In this document: positions 51,600 to 64,000 of the stretch, in pieces
Layout of the letters: every line of letters starts with the position of its first letter
Numbering within the stretch: the first letter of the stretch is position 1
Source of the DNA: Lama guanicoe
Taxonomy: Eukaryota
DNA length: 64,000 nt
Direction: 5' to 3'
NCBI GenBank assembly: GCA_013239625.1
Contig: MU053513.1
Location: forward strand, 2,778,927-2,842,926
Notes under the pieces: model-generated
Told to the model about the DNA's origin: nothing
The model's input: only the letters and a program-made list of their open reading frames with translations
The model's database searches: none
Program-made: the position numbers and the translations under genes

Positions 51600-53290
51600 T
51601 CAGTACTTAGAGAATGGTCATGCAGCCGTGCTCATCCTTCAGAGGGGAGACAGAGTTCTCACCTGGAGTAATGAAATAAAGAACAGTGGGCACAAACCTT
51701 GTAGCTGAAACTCCCAAACATGCACACTGAATGGCAAGGTCCTCAGCATCCCAGCAAAGTTACATCCCCAGGAGACTGAGGGGTTTCCTGAAGAAACTAT
51801 GTCTCCTTAGAGTAAAACCTACACATAATGAATTGATTCCTCAAGAAAAGTTGGCTCAGCAAGGCCAAACTACCACGACATAGAAAGCTGAAGTATGCTG
51901 ACATAGAAAACAAACTTACACTCACCAAAGGGGAAGAGGGTGGAATTAGGGGTATGGAATTAACAGATACTAACTATTATCCATAAAATAGATAAGTAAC
52001 AAGGATTTACTGTATAACAGGGGAATAATATTCATCTTGTAATAACCCATAATGGAAAAAAATCTGAGAAACATATACACATATATAAAAAACTGAATCA
52101 CTTTGCTGTACACCTGAAACTAACACAATATTGCAAATGAACTAAATTTCAATAAAAACAGAAACAAAAACAAAAATCCCTCCACCCAATATACAACTTT
52201 CAATGAGCTTTTATTCTCTGCTTTATTCTTAAACATAAATCAGCAGCAAAAGATTGCCATAAAACGGAAAAGCTTCTAAAATGAAAGCCAAAAATCAAGA
52301 CAAACAGAAAAAAAGGAAACAGTAAAAAGTAATATATACACATAATATGTGCAGGAAACAGAAAAAGTGTAATGACATGATGTAAATAAAAAAGATACCG
52401 CACCCATAAAATAAGAACAGACTGTTAGGGAACAAAAATCATCTAAAAATGCAAAAGAGCACTTGAACAGGAAAAATGTAACAGCTGAATATTAAAACCT
52501 AATCATTGGAATATACATTTAAGTAAATCTGCCCAAAAGCAGAATAAAAGAACAAAGAGGAAAGAAAAGAAGAAAAACCCAAAGAACAAAGCTATATCTA
52601 ATATAGGATTAACAGAAGTTCCAGAAAGAGAAATGAAAAAAACTAGACAGGATAAAATTATCAAAGAAATAATTTAAGAAAATTTCCCAGAGTGTAAGAA
52701 CAAACCAGAATCTCCATATTCAAACTGCTGACTGAAGCAGAGCACAATTCATTTAAAAGGCCCCACACTTAAGCATATCACATGGAAGTATCTTAACTCC
52801 AGAGATGAAGACAAATTCTTAAAGTTCCTAATGAGAAAAACATCAGTTTAGGCACAAAGGAGCCCAAAATTAAAAGAGTATCTTAGGAAAACAACTTCCC
52901 AGCTAAATAATATTCGTAACAAACTATCAATCCAGTGTGAGGGGAGACTCAAGACTGTTTCAAAAAAAAAAAATGCAAAACAACTTATCTCTTCTATCCA
53001 TCCATTCTTAGGAAGCTCCTGGATGATGTAATTCAGCAAGATGAAGGATTTACTAGGAAAGAGTAAGAAAAGGGTCCGGGAACCAGAGATGCAACAACAA
53101 ACGTGACGTGTGGATCCTATAATGACAACTATGTGAGAGGCCCGGAGGACACCTTGTCCAGGTGTGGCATATGTTTGATACTCAGGAAAAAATATTGATG
53201 TGCACATGGCAGTGCTGATGGACTACTTAGAAAACTATACAAGTAAAAATACAAGGCAATTACTATCACCGGAAAAACCGTTTTTTAAAC
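51600..53290 (+). mobile_element. Ancient L1/HAL1-like 5'UTR-ORF1 relic, interrupted at 51898-52177
   Basis: ORF1-like motifs gaagttccagaaagagaa...tcaaagaaataatttaagaaaatttcccagag. Ends in caaggcaattact. Confidence 0.65.
51898..52177 (+). mobile_element. L1 3'UTR segment nearly identical to 49681-49955
   Basis: Manual alignment gives roughly 15 differences over ~265 bp. Confidence 0.9.
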
Positions 53291-53332
53291 AACTTCTAGT
53301 CCAGAGTGGAGGCACACATATAAACTGACAGG

Positions 53333-53432
53333 TTTTTGTTTTTTTTTTCAATTGAGGTCCTGGGGGTTGAACCCAGGACCTTGTGCACTCTAAGCATGTG
53401 CTCTACCACTGAGCTATACCCTCTCCCACCCC
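53333..53432 (-). mobile_element. Camelid tRNA-derived SINE (Vic-like), short form with intact 5' end and TSD
   Basis: Minus strand reads gggtaTAGCTCAGTGGtagagcac...ctgGGTTCAACCCCcagg...poly-A (A and B boxes). TSD aa(a/g)ctgacag at 53322 and 53433. Confidence 0.9.
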
Positions 53433-53472
53433 AAGCTGACAGTTTTGATATGATGTGTTTGTAAGTAAGATG

Positions 53473-53657
53473 CAGGGCTTCTCAAACTTGAACATGCATC
53501 AGAATTACCTGGAGGGCTTGTTTCAACAAAGATTTCAGGGCCCCAGTCAGAGTTTCTGATTAACAGATCTGGAGCAGGGCCCAAGAATTTGCTTTTCTAA
53601 CTCATTCCCAGGAGATGCTGATGCTACAGACCTGGGACCACACTTTGAACAGCACTA
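53473..53657. mobile_element. MER5A hAT-Charlie MITE
   Basis: cagggcttctcaaacttgaacatgcatcagaattacctggagggc...gggaccacactttgaacagcact. Confidence 0.9.
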
Positions 53658-56600
53658 ATATTGTTATGTGTAGGGTTCTCTGACACACTTGGACCAGCAT
53701 GGGCATCAGAGACTTCCTGGAGGAGATGCTCCCAGGTCGCAACTTAAATGGTTCCGACTAGTCTCTGAAGTTCTCACCAAGTTGGAAAACCATTTTCAAC
53801 TGCTATCAAAGCTTATCAGAAATTCTGGATTTACAAACTAACTGTACATACCAACTACAGACATCATGTTTCCCTGCTTTGGATTAGAATTCTCCAATCA
53901 ATACTGGTTATTTCAGACAAATCAGCAGCTCTGTTGGCATTTTTGTAAGTCTTTGATTAATAAAATGAAGAAATGGAAAAAAAATATTGCTTAAGAATTG
54001 TAGTTTGAAGACCAAAATCTTCTGAGCTAGGGGTGACTGGGAGGAGGTCGAGTAAGTTTGTGGTCCTTGATCATACAAGGAAGTAAGTCTTGATTCAGTC
54101 TAATGAGCAGAGGATACAAGTCTCCCCAGCTGGTTAAGAAAGGGCCGGAACTACTCCCTGCTGTGGCCCTGCTTCCTGTTGGATGCTGTTCCTTTGTTCA
54201 TTTTTCCTGAGCACAGGGAACAGTGGAAAGTGGAAAAGGACTAACACTAGTGATTTCCTACCAGAGCCCGGACACTATTCTATGCACTTGATAGTCCCTG
54301 CAATGGTAAAGACATCCCTAGGTGTTTAGGACAGTCAGAACGCATCAAATAAACAAACAAACAATCTCTGCTCACATATTAGACAGCTAGTTTCTCCTCA
54401 TTGATTTTTTGATGTTTTATTTTTTTCCCTAAGGACAAAAATAAAGGAGACTTATGATGTGAAATCCAGACTGTGTATACTACATCACACAGAAAGTAAT
54501 TTGCTGAGCATTGACTAGGTTGAAGGCACTGTGGTGAGCATTGCCAAGGGCAGAGAGATGGCCCAGTCATCTTCCAGATAACACAAACACTTGCCCGCGA
54601 GCACACAGGTTTGTTAGCAGGAATACCACCCCTAATGTTCAAAGTGCGTAAGCAGAGACTGATGGATGACATATCTTTGATTTAGGCATCCACAGTCTGG
54701 TCTCTCATACTGCTCTGTCTCTCTCTAGCTGAGTGACCTTGGATAAGCATCCTTTTCCTTATCTTAATCAGGAGAGAGAAAGATATCCTCTCCTTACATC
54801 ACAGGGCGGACATGGAAATCCAATGACATCAAAAGCAATAAAACAGTTTAGAAAATAAAGGTCCTATGCAAATGTATTATAACATTATTGCCATTTTTAT
54901 CTGCTGGGAATTTTCAACATTCTTTTCAAGATTAGAATGGCTTATGAGGCTCTTCATGAGCTGATTCCTGAAGACTTCTCCAGGTTCACCACAGTGTTTC
55001 ACAAACTTGCCTGTCTCTCACTGGACTGTGTGCCTAGCACAGAGCATGACCTTGAACTGGCATCAAGTAAAAACTATTAAATAAATGGGTGAGCAAATGT
55101 TGTAGAAGATGCATGAGAGGACTGGGGATTATATTTAGAGCATCCAGCTTCAGAAAAATGGGTAGATTGAAAAAAAATCTTCTAATATCCCTTTATCTAA
55201 CTCAAAGGATCTAAAATCTGACCAATTTCTAGAGAGATAAATGCTAAAGACTGGTTCCTGTGCTAGCAGCTAGCAGCTGACTCACTGGAAAGGAAAAACC
55301 CTGGGTGTGGATGGAGCATATAGTTGGTCAGGTCCAGCACAAATTAAAAGCTAACCCTCCATCTCTAGAAAGGTGACAACTTCTTTGCTTCTAATCCTGT
55401 GAGAAGTAGGAAGTCAATTCCAGTTACCTGAAACATTGGTCTGAATTACCTAGTAAAACGACTGTAATGAAAATTTGTGTTGAGAAATAATTGGAAACAC
55501 TATTTTCCACACTTAAGATGCCAAATTGCACCCATTATAGAGTCCCCTAGAGAGTGAGAGTAAACAGCACTTCACGTGAAGTATAACTCTCTTGCCATCT
55601 CCCTTGAGTGGGAGCCTCACCTCTCTGTAATGCATAAGTCAAGATCAGGCTATTTCCTATCATAATACCTTCATTTTCAAATGATTTTGTTTCAAATTTC
55701 ATAAAATAATTTTTGTAGAGCATCAGACTATGCTTTAAAAACTTGACAAGGCCAAGCGAGTTAAACCACAGGCCCCTTCACACGTTAGCCAAAGTTATTG
55801 AAAACAGAAAGTAAGATTCTTTTTGGCGTAGGGATTTTTGATGGGGGTAGCTTAGAGGAGGGGAGAGATGCTTAGGAATTACAGAGGGCCATGAGCTCTC
55901 TGCCCAGGACTTTCTAAGAAGTCCTGTCTCGAACTCTGCAATACATTCTTGCAGACAGGAGGCAGAGCCCTCCCAACTCCAGGCTGAATGAGCTGATGGA
56001 GCCATCGCTCTTCAAGGCCAGGTTGGATAGCACTGCTTTAAACCGTCCCAGAAGCTGTTTGAATTAATAATGACAGCTCTTCCTTTGGCTTTGGTTTGGC
56101 CAAGACACTTGGATCTTATAATTCAAAAGTATACTAGTAAACGTGCTGGAACAAAACCAAGTTGGTGCTCTCAAGACTTCAGAAATTGAGACTTCAAGGA
56201 AGAGAAATCTTGAGTAATCACAATTGTGATACTATAGATGTCAGAGATCACAGAAGGACGCTACAGAAAGCCAGTAATTTAAAAAGAAAAAAGGAAAGAT
56301 CTTAAACACAGTAGGAGACCATTTTGGCTTTCCTCAGCAGTCCTATGTGTGAAAAATGAGGGCTGCATTCCCTAGGAGTCTGGTGAAAGAGTTATTTCCA
56401 CTCAAATTTTTGAGTCTTAAATTCCATGAAAGAAATCCATTTTTGGATTAGCAGTCACATGCTGTTGGTGACAGTCAAAATAGGCATCCTCAAAGGGGTA
56501 GTGTCAAGATGCCCACTGAGTCGGGCCCCTTGCTGTGTGCTATGTGAATAACGCCAGGCTGGGTGCAAGATGGAGGTTCCCATCAGATAACAGATCGGCT

Positions 56601-57499
56601 CTGGGAACAGATGGAAAAAATGGGAATGCATTCTTGATTGATTGATTGAGCAAAAAGAAGCACCTAATACTTTTTCCCCTAGTCCACACCATGGCTCAAT
56701 AAAGCCCAAGATGAGTTATTTCACAGCACAGATAGGTTGCCTCTTGGATGTGTATGGAATAAAACTAATCCAGTCAACTCTGAATCACGTCATGCTAATG
56801 AACGCAAACGTGATGTGGGCAATTCAAAAGAGTGCAAAATCAGACAGTCACTTACTGTGGGTTACAGAATATACTGTATTATTTGGGATGTGTCAGGTTT
56901 ACCTTTGTGTTTGTGTTTTGTTCATGGAAATGTGAAAATTAGTGTGTAGCCTCTAAGTACACGTCAACTAGTAGAGGAGACAATTGAGGTAGGAGGTAAT
57001 CAGCTTGCAGTGAAGTATTTCTGTAGATAAATTCCAGGTGGAAAATGTTCAGCTAATTATTAGATTATAAGGGGGAAATGGACTCATTATATGAAAGAGG
57101 AAACTACGACTGATGCTGCTTCACCCAGGACACACAGTTACAGGTCCCTTACCTCTGACTCTGAGACCTTTCCTACTCAGTCCTACTACTGGCTCCATGC
57201 ACCTGCACACTGGTACTTAGAGAGGATGGGAAGAAATAAATGTGGCGGCAAAAAGCTCTTATAAACTGATGAGTGCAAGCTCCTCAAAGGGTTGCTCAGA
57301 AAACTCAAAATGCCTGAAGATTGGCATGGTCATCAAGGGAAGTTTACCCTTCCCAAGTGTGTCCCCAGCGTTCTTGGCCAGAGAAAGACCCATATTTGAT
57401 GAAGGATAATAGCACCTGTCTCAACTGGAAATTGTTCAGCTTTTCACATAGTTATTTCCCACTAATGAGTTTTGGGTGCTCACAGCAGAGGACATCTAA

Positions 57500-57750
57500 G
57501 TGCGTGGGCTGTAAGATCAAATCTGGGTTAAAATCTTGTCTTGAGCACATTTTTCCCCCTTATCGTTCTTTTGCCTGGTAGCTTAGGCAAGTAACATAAT
57601 CTTTCTGAAGCTTACTTGTCTTACTTGTAAAATAAAGATAATAGTTGTACCTGACTCGTAGGGTTACTGAGACAATCAAATGAGATAATGTACGGAAAAC
57701 ACAGCCCAGAGACTGGCATAAGGTAGCGTCCACCAAATAATACTTATTAT
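57500..57750 (+). mobile_element. MIR SINE
   Basis: gcttaggcaagtaacataatctttctgaagc...tcaaatgagataatgtac. Confidence 0.85.
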
Positions 57751-58179
57751 CATTAAAATAAAACTATAGGTCCATGCACCTTTGTTCAGTCTTTTGAGTT
57801 GAGCAAACCCACATTCTCTCATACTTCCTTAAGGCTTTGTGTCCACATTGCTTTTTGTTCTTCTTTCTACTCAGTAGCTCCTCTGCAAAAGTACATCTTT
57901 TATCCTATTTCCTCTGCCTAGTCACTGCCAGACAAGGCTGCTCATGATAAAAAACAAGTTTAAAATTTCCATGTACTTTAAATAGTGAGTCATAAAATTA
58001 ATCAGTTATAGTACATGAGGCTCTAATGTTCCTGGATGGTTTGAAGGTAAAAATCTGAAACAGAATTTGATAAGGAACAATAAGATTTTATCAAATACAG
58101 TTCTATTTTTCCGAAAAGTGAAAGGATATAACTGTGGTGGGCATTTTGCCCTTGGTATGGCCTCTGCTTTCAAATCCTG

Positions 58180-58570
58180 GTTCTTGTTGCCTTTCTATGG
58201 CAACGTGTCCTGTCCCCATCAGCTTTAATTTGGGCTGCTGTAATAACCATTTAGTGACCCTAACTGGGCTCCTTGGCTGTACTCCATTTATAAAACATCA
58301 CTTTCTGCCACAAAACTCACTTTTTGAAAATACAAACATCAGGGTCAGAAATGCTTGATCTGGCATATAATGCCCTTTCTCATCTGGTGCCTGACTACAC
58401 TTCCAGGCATCCCCTAATATTTTCCATTAAAAGAAATTCCACCAACACTGAACTCCTCTCCAGCACATTTCATACCTTCATGCCTTTGTGTTTTCACTCA
58501 AACTGCTACCTCTGCCTGGGAAGTCCTTTCTTATCTTCCCTCCTAAAAAGTCCAGAATATCTTTTGTGAA
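58180..58570 (+). mobile_element. L2 fragment
   Basis: ctgctgtaataacc...tgcccttctcatctggtgcctgactac...cctctgcctgggaagtcc. Confidence 0.65.
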
Positions 58571-58579
58571 ACCAATCAT

Positions 58580-58760
58580 ATTTATATTTTATTGAGCACA
58601 TACTGCGTGTCAGGGACTGACACATATACATTAATTCAATCCCCACTAAATCCAATGAGGTGGTAATATTATCATCTCTATTTACAGAAGAGAAAAGTGA
58701 GGCACACAGAGGTTAAGTGAAACGCCTGAAGTCACACTACTGGCAAGAGGAGCTATTTCT
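58580..58760 (-). mobile_element. MIR SINE
   Basis: attatcatctctatttacagaagagaaaagtgaggcacacagaggttaagtga. Confidence 0.85.
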
Positions 58761-60019
58761 AATCAGTTAGATTTAATCTTGTCCTCTTTCCTAGTACTGG
58801 ATCTTGTTTACACGGCCATTTTGGTGCTTGTTGCCTTTGATGTGTTAGAAGCTCCTTTTCCTTTTCACTCTTGGATTCTTGGTGTCCAGCAATGTACCTT
58901 TACGTGGATTTGGTGCTTATCTAATGGTTACTAGCTGCATGATTCCCAATAAGAAAAATACAGCTATGCTCTCTATGGATTTCCTTAACATCATGTATGC
59001 TATTGCATCTTTAGTTGCTTGTGAAATGGGTTTAGTGGCAACTGAATATAAATGAGAGTGGGTGGGTGAGAGGTCATAAAGAGTTTCAGAGATAATATAC
59101 TTTTGCAAAAGTACACGCTTCAGCCTACAGCAATAACCCAATGCCTACACACTCCTAAATCCTGAAGAGCTACTGAAGCATATACAGAGAAATTGAAAGC
59201 ATAAAGCATAGCTTTTCAAAGCCCAAACCTTTTCAAACAAACTTCCTTTTTTCATTTCTATACATTAGGTTTTATTTTAAGCTATACATATTAGGGAGAG
59301 TTAAGAGCCTCTTGAAACAGCTTAGCTTTGTCATGACAGTAACTCTTTTGCAAAGACTTTTTACTACAACATTTTCCCAGGACTCACTTCTTCCCTTTAG
59401 CTATGACAAGAAAACAAATAATATATGATATTTCATGCCCTCCAAGGACATCACTTATCTTGACCAAAGTTGAGGCAAAGAGTTACTGAGAGGATTACTA
59501 TGGAAGAGTTACTGTGCTATTACAGAAAGCCTTCAGACATCTCCAAACACCACATCTCAGCATCCATTCAACCTTCAAAAAGGGTGTGTGGCAATGAGTC
59601 CTTATTTCAAAGAAGAAAAAGTAAACTGTGGGACACTTAGCTCATAATATCACTGCTTTTCTGACTTCCAAGTTATTTATTGAGCACAGTGTTTACAGAT
59701 ATGAAAAGGATAAAACTGCCCTTTGCCCTCAGGAAAGCTCATGTTCTAGCTGGGCAGGAAGACACCTACTCAAAGAGCTACTCCGTTCCACAACTGGGCC
59801 CATATTCATGAAGTAGGAGAGCCCAGAGGAAAGACGCGCTCACTCTGCCTAGAGGTGGGCGGAGCAGGGAGGCTTTGTTGAAGGGGTGGCACTTCAGAGC
59901 CTCGGGGAGGCACCAGATCTGACCCATGGAGAGGTATGAAGGAGGCAAAGTGGGGACCACAGTTACACGTAGGATGAAAAGCGTTAACAAACATAAAGGC
60001 AAGAAGAGAAGCTTAAAAC

Positions 60020-60460
60020 TTGTTTTTTCTTTCTCTGATTTACTTCATTTAGTATGATCATCTCTAGGTCCATCCATACTGCTGCAAATGGCATTACTTC
60101 AAAAAGAGAGAGACAAATACCATATATCACACATGTGGAATCTAAAAAAATGCACAAATGAACTTATTTACAAAAGAAAAACAGACTGACAGACACAGAA
60201 AACAAACTTATGGTTACCAGAGGGGAAGCGGAGGAGGGATCAATTAGGAGTCTGGAATCAGCAGATACAAATTACTATATATAAAACAGGTAAACAACAA
60301 GGTCCTACTGTACAGCACAGGGAACTATATTCAATATCTTGTAATAACCTATAATGAAAAAGAATATATGTATAACTGTATAACTGAATCACCATGCTGT
60401 ACACCAGAAACTAACACAACACAGTAAATCAACTCTACTTCAATAAAAAATAGAATGAAA
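60020..60460 (+). mobile_element. 5'-inverted (twin-primed) artiodactyl L1: 60020-60100 antisense, 60101-60460 sense
   Basis: Antisense block tctctaggtccatccatactgctgcaaatggcatt abuts sense block gacaaataccat...cttcaataaaaaa. The two blocks are contiguous in L1 order. Confidence 0.9.
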
Positions 60461-61574
60461 TAAATCTTTGTTTTGTTGCAGCACGAGGGTGCTTAATGAT
60501 ATAAAAAGAGGAGAGAGAGGAAGACAGAGAATAATAAAAAGATTTGTTCTACTTCACACAAGGAAGGCAGAGGCTATTGCCATGAATCTTTTATGAGAAT
60601 ATTAAGAAAGAAGAAGTCTGTAGGAATTGAATACAATTAAATGATTTATTACAAAGTCAGGATATGTTGTTTGATAGCATACCACATAATGATGAATAGG
60701 AGTGATTATTTAAGGAAAACCATAAGGCCTTCTTAAATGGACCAGAAGTCATCAGTATTTGAAAAATTAGTATCAAGGTTTGGTTCAAAACTTTAGAAGA
60801 TAAATTATCTCAGGCAAAAATAAGTTTAGATTAAGACTTGATCACACTTAGGATATTCAGTTCTTTATATTTTGACATTAAATCTTCAAATAAATTCTAA
60901 CTGAGAGCCTATTATTAGCAAGTAGATTCTTACAACTGATTTTAGAAATTGAGAACATACAAAAATGAAAAAAGCTCCAAATGAAACTAATTTTATTATT
61001 AATGTAAAATTATGTCTAGTTTTTTTCCGTAACAAGGAATTCATCAAGTTTAAAAAAAAAGACATTGAACACTCAGAGTCAACCAATGATATATTTATTA
61101 GAGAACAAATTCACCTTGGAAATTGGAAAAAATACATCTGTGAGAATAATCAGGCAATAGAAAACCCACTGAACAGGGTTGCCAAGGGGCAATGATATGA
61201 ATCCTAACCCAAGGTTAGGAAATGTCTCACTGGTTTTGTCGTATTGCACTTTCTGTTGGAATGGGTACACGGAAGTGAACAGGATTACTGGGCAGAAGGG
61301 GTTTGCAGAACCCTGTGTTGGCAACAGTAAGAACAGGTCAGCCGAATGCACAGCACACTGCACCCACGCGGAACTTCTGGTCAGAGCAAGGCTCCACTTT
61401 CCATCATGTCACCTGGGTTGGGGACTGGAGATAAAATTCCTAGAATACGAAATGGTTCCTAAAATTGGTGCTACCATAGTCAATAGTTATGTCAGTGTTC
61501 AAAATGGGGACAATTTTTATAATTAAAAAATCCTCACATATGTTGTAAATCATCCTAGACAAAAATAAATTTGA

Positions 61575-61745
61575 ATTGTATGTAAGGTCTTTGTGTTTCA
61601 ATTTTCTTATCTGTGTGAGTGTGTGTGTGTGTGTGTGTGTAGGGGAAGGAATATTTTTCCTCACAAAGTTATTGTAAGGATTAAATGAGATACTGTGAGA
61701 AAAATAATTGGCAGAGTGCCCAGTACAAAGCTAAGGATTTGTTAA
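61575..61745 (+). mobile_element. MIR relic carrying a (TG)n microsatellite (61612-61640)
   Basis: tgtttcaattttcttatctg(tg)n...cctcacaaagttattgtaaggattaaatgagata. Confidence 0.8.
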
Positions 61746-64000
61746 ATAATTTTTAAAAATGAAGCCCTAACCTTCATTAACCTTCATAACATAACCCACT
61801 GTATGTTAGAGGCTTATTTCCAATATTTGATGTATTAAATAAGGACTAAAACACCATAAACAGGTAAAACAGAAATGTTGACCATGACTTCTTGAGAGTT
61901 ACATGGTCCTCATTCAATGAAAATGTCGTGATCCAGGATAGCTCAATAGTAAGCAGACACTGGTTAATTCATTCCAAAAGAAAGCAACATCCCGTTAGGT
62001 TCAAATTCACAACCCATAGCCTTAATGACCAGCAGTTTCCCAAATGTGATATTCGGCTGCACCTCCAGGTTCTTGGGGAATTACTGCCATCCTCAATTAT
62101 CTGACCTGTAATTCAGCTTAGAACTCAGCCTCATTTGATTATTAGCAGTCTGAGCTTAAGTGAGTTTGGAAAATTGCATATTGACACTGAGAGAATTTAT
62201 ATTTTTTGTAGTCAAATGATTTAAGGCAAAATAGATGGGATTATAAATTTCATTCAAAGGAGTTTTAAAAACAAAGAAAGTGATTTTGGTTTTTACTCCA
62301 ATTTGAGGAGCTTTAGAAAAGGGTGAAGCATAAGGCAATAGGTCTGTTGTCAACTGATATTCTCCGCGATTCATTGATATTTAACCATCAAGGGAAAGTA
62401 ATTGACCAGTACAATCATGAACACAACAAAATTAGTATTATTTTGAAGTTGCACTGAAATATTGACCAGATTGTTATGGAAACTCCTTTTTCAGGAAGGA
62501 AAAAAACATTCATTTTAGGGGATTTATAGTTAAGTCTTCTTAGCTTTGGCCAAATAACATTATTCAGGGAAAGAACTACCAGGGCCTCAGCACGTACAAT
62601 TCACATTTTAAGATTTTTTCAATTATTTACCCAGCATGCAGGACAGTCATTATCCATGATCTATCGTTCAAACACGGGAATGGCAAACCTCTAAGACTTC
62701 CTTTAACCTTTGCTCTAGCAACTAAATAAGAACGTTTCTGATTTCTGAAAGAGGAGACGCTAGATTTTTCTCACCATCAGCCACAGGCACACTTTTCATA
62801 AATTTGTTTTCCACAAATATGTTTGTATTTAATCATTTATTTCCCCATGTACAAGCTCTTAATAATAACAGTTATATCTTTCATCCTATATATATATTCT
62901 GAAATTGTTTTTAGATTCATAGTACTTGATACTTTCAACCAACTCTTTGATATATATCTTTAATATTCTTAACCTATATACTTACTGAATACCGAATATG
63001 TAAGTTATTAACTTAACTTTACACATAAGGAAAATGAGACACTGTGAAATTAAGTGACTAAGAGTATTAAATATGAATTACCAAAATACAAAATGGCAAT
63101 AAACAGTCATCTTCCAGTGACAGCTCATAGTGTGCAGTTGGACACACGTATCAACCAATCCCAGTGAATTCAACACAAAGACAAATTTGTTCACATGACA
63201 ATTAAAAAGTGGTTTGCTGGAACTTTCACTTCTCTCTCTACCTTGTCCTGTAAACAGCTACATTTTCTAAAATACTTTTTTAATAATCCTGCTTTGCATT
63301 TAGTTGTTAACATGCCTGCATCCCTCACTAGAAAAAACACTTTAAGGAAATTTCCATGTTATTCATTATTGCAGCGTTCTTAGCACATAGTAGATGTTCA
63401 ATAAATGCCTGTGTCATAAATAGACAAAAGGCTGATTTATCATACTTATGTGAGTTGATTCCTTAGGATGGAAGCTTATGTTTAGTTAACAGCCTGATAG
63501 ACTAAAGTGCTTGGAAAATAACAGTCATGAAATAAAGTCATGAAATACCATGTCTATGTTCATTCACATGTATACAATGGGCAAGCGACACGTTTACGGG
63601 CATGTAAAAATGTACCTGCTTTCTGGCCAAAGGTTATGACCTGTCTCTGATTCTTGCTGCTTAAGACAAGTTCTAGGCAATGTTAATGGTCACATCCGTT
63701 GGAAAGAAACCTGGGAGCCCGGATTTTATTTCATCCAGGGGGCCTGCCTGGGCTCGCTGTTCGAGGCCGTTACCTGTGAGGAGTGAGCAAGTAGCAACAC
63801 TCATCACGCAGCGTAAGGGAGCTTGCAGTCATCAATAAGAGTGATCAGCCAGAAGCTAAAATAAGTAAATAAGTGAATGAATGAATAGATAAGATAAAAA
63901 AAAACCCTCTAGTCACAATGTGATGCTATCATAACCAATCAGCCTCATCACATCCCACCCTTATCTGCTATCAAGAGCAGCTTTCAAAAATGATTGTCAT

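Noticed and set aside
53350..53425. tRNA-like sequence with A and B boxes
   Set aside because: The poly-A tail and TSD identify it as a SINE, not a tRNA gene.
59478..59525. Short direct repeats aagagttactg
   Set aside because: Only two copies with no regular repeat-spacer array. Not CRISPR-like, probably a slippage duplication.
1..64000. A novel multi-gene or prokaryote-type system
   Set aside because: No operon structure, long ORFs, arrays or foreign-composition segment. The whole window reads as eutherian non-coding DNA.

Overview
Mammalian non-coding genomic DNA, AT-rich and CpG-depleted. It is most likely camelid (alpaca/llama/camel), judged from Vic-type tRNA-derived SINEs and young artiodactyl/camelid L1 3' ends. 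No protein-coding gene, RNA gene or CRISPR array can be supported. The ORF track consists of chance ORFs and decayed L1/L2 fragments. Much of the window is layered transposon debris: old L1M/L1ME/L1MB, L2, MIR, L3, MaLR/ERVL LTRs, hAT MITEs, and younger L1 and SINE insertions with target-site duplications (TSDs). The most interesting signals are retrotransposition footprints. (1) A ~350-bp TSD-flanked element fuses an L1 5' end to an L1 3' end at what looks like a splice junction (47070-47446). (2) A ~280-bp L1 3'UTR appears locally duplicated 2.2 kb downstream (49681 vs 51898). (3) A twin-priming 5'-inverted L1 lies at 60020-60460. (4) A promoter-like CCAAT/TATA/C-EBP-ATF cluster lies near 39.9 kb. 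Repeat family names come from recalled consensus sequences, not a database run, and boundaries of old repeats are approximate.
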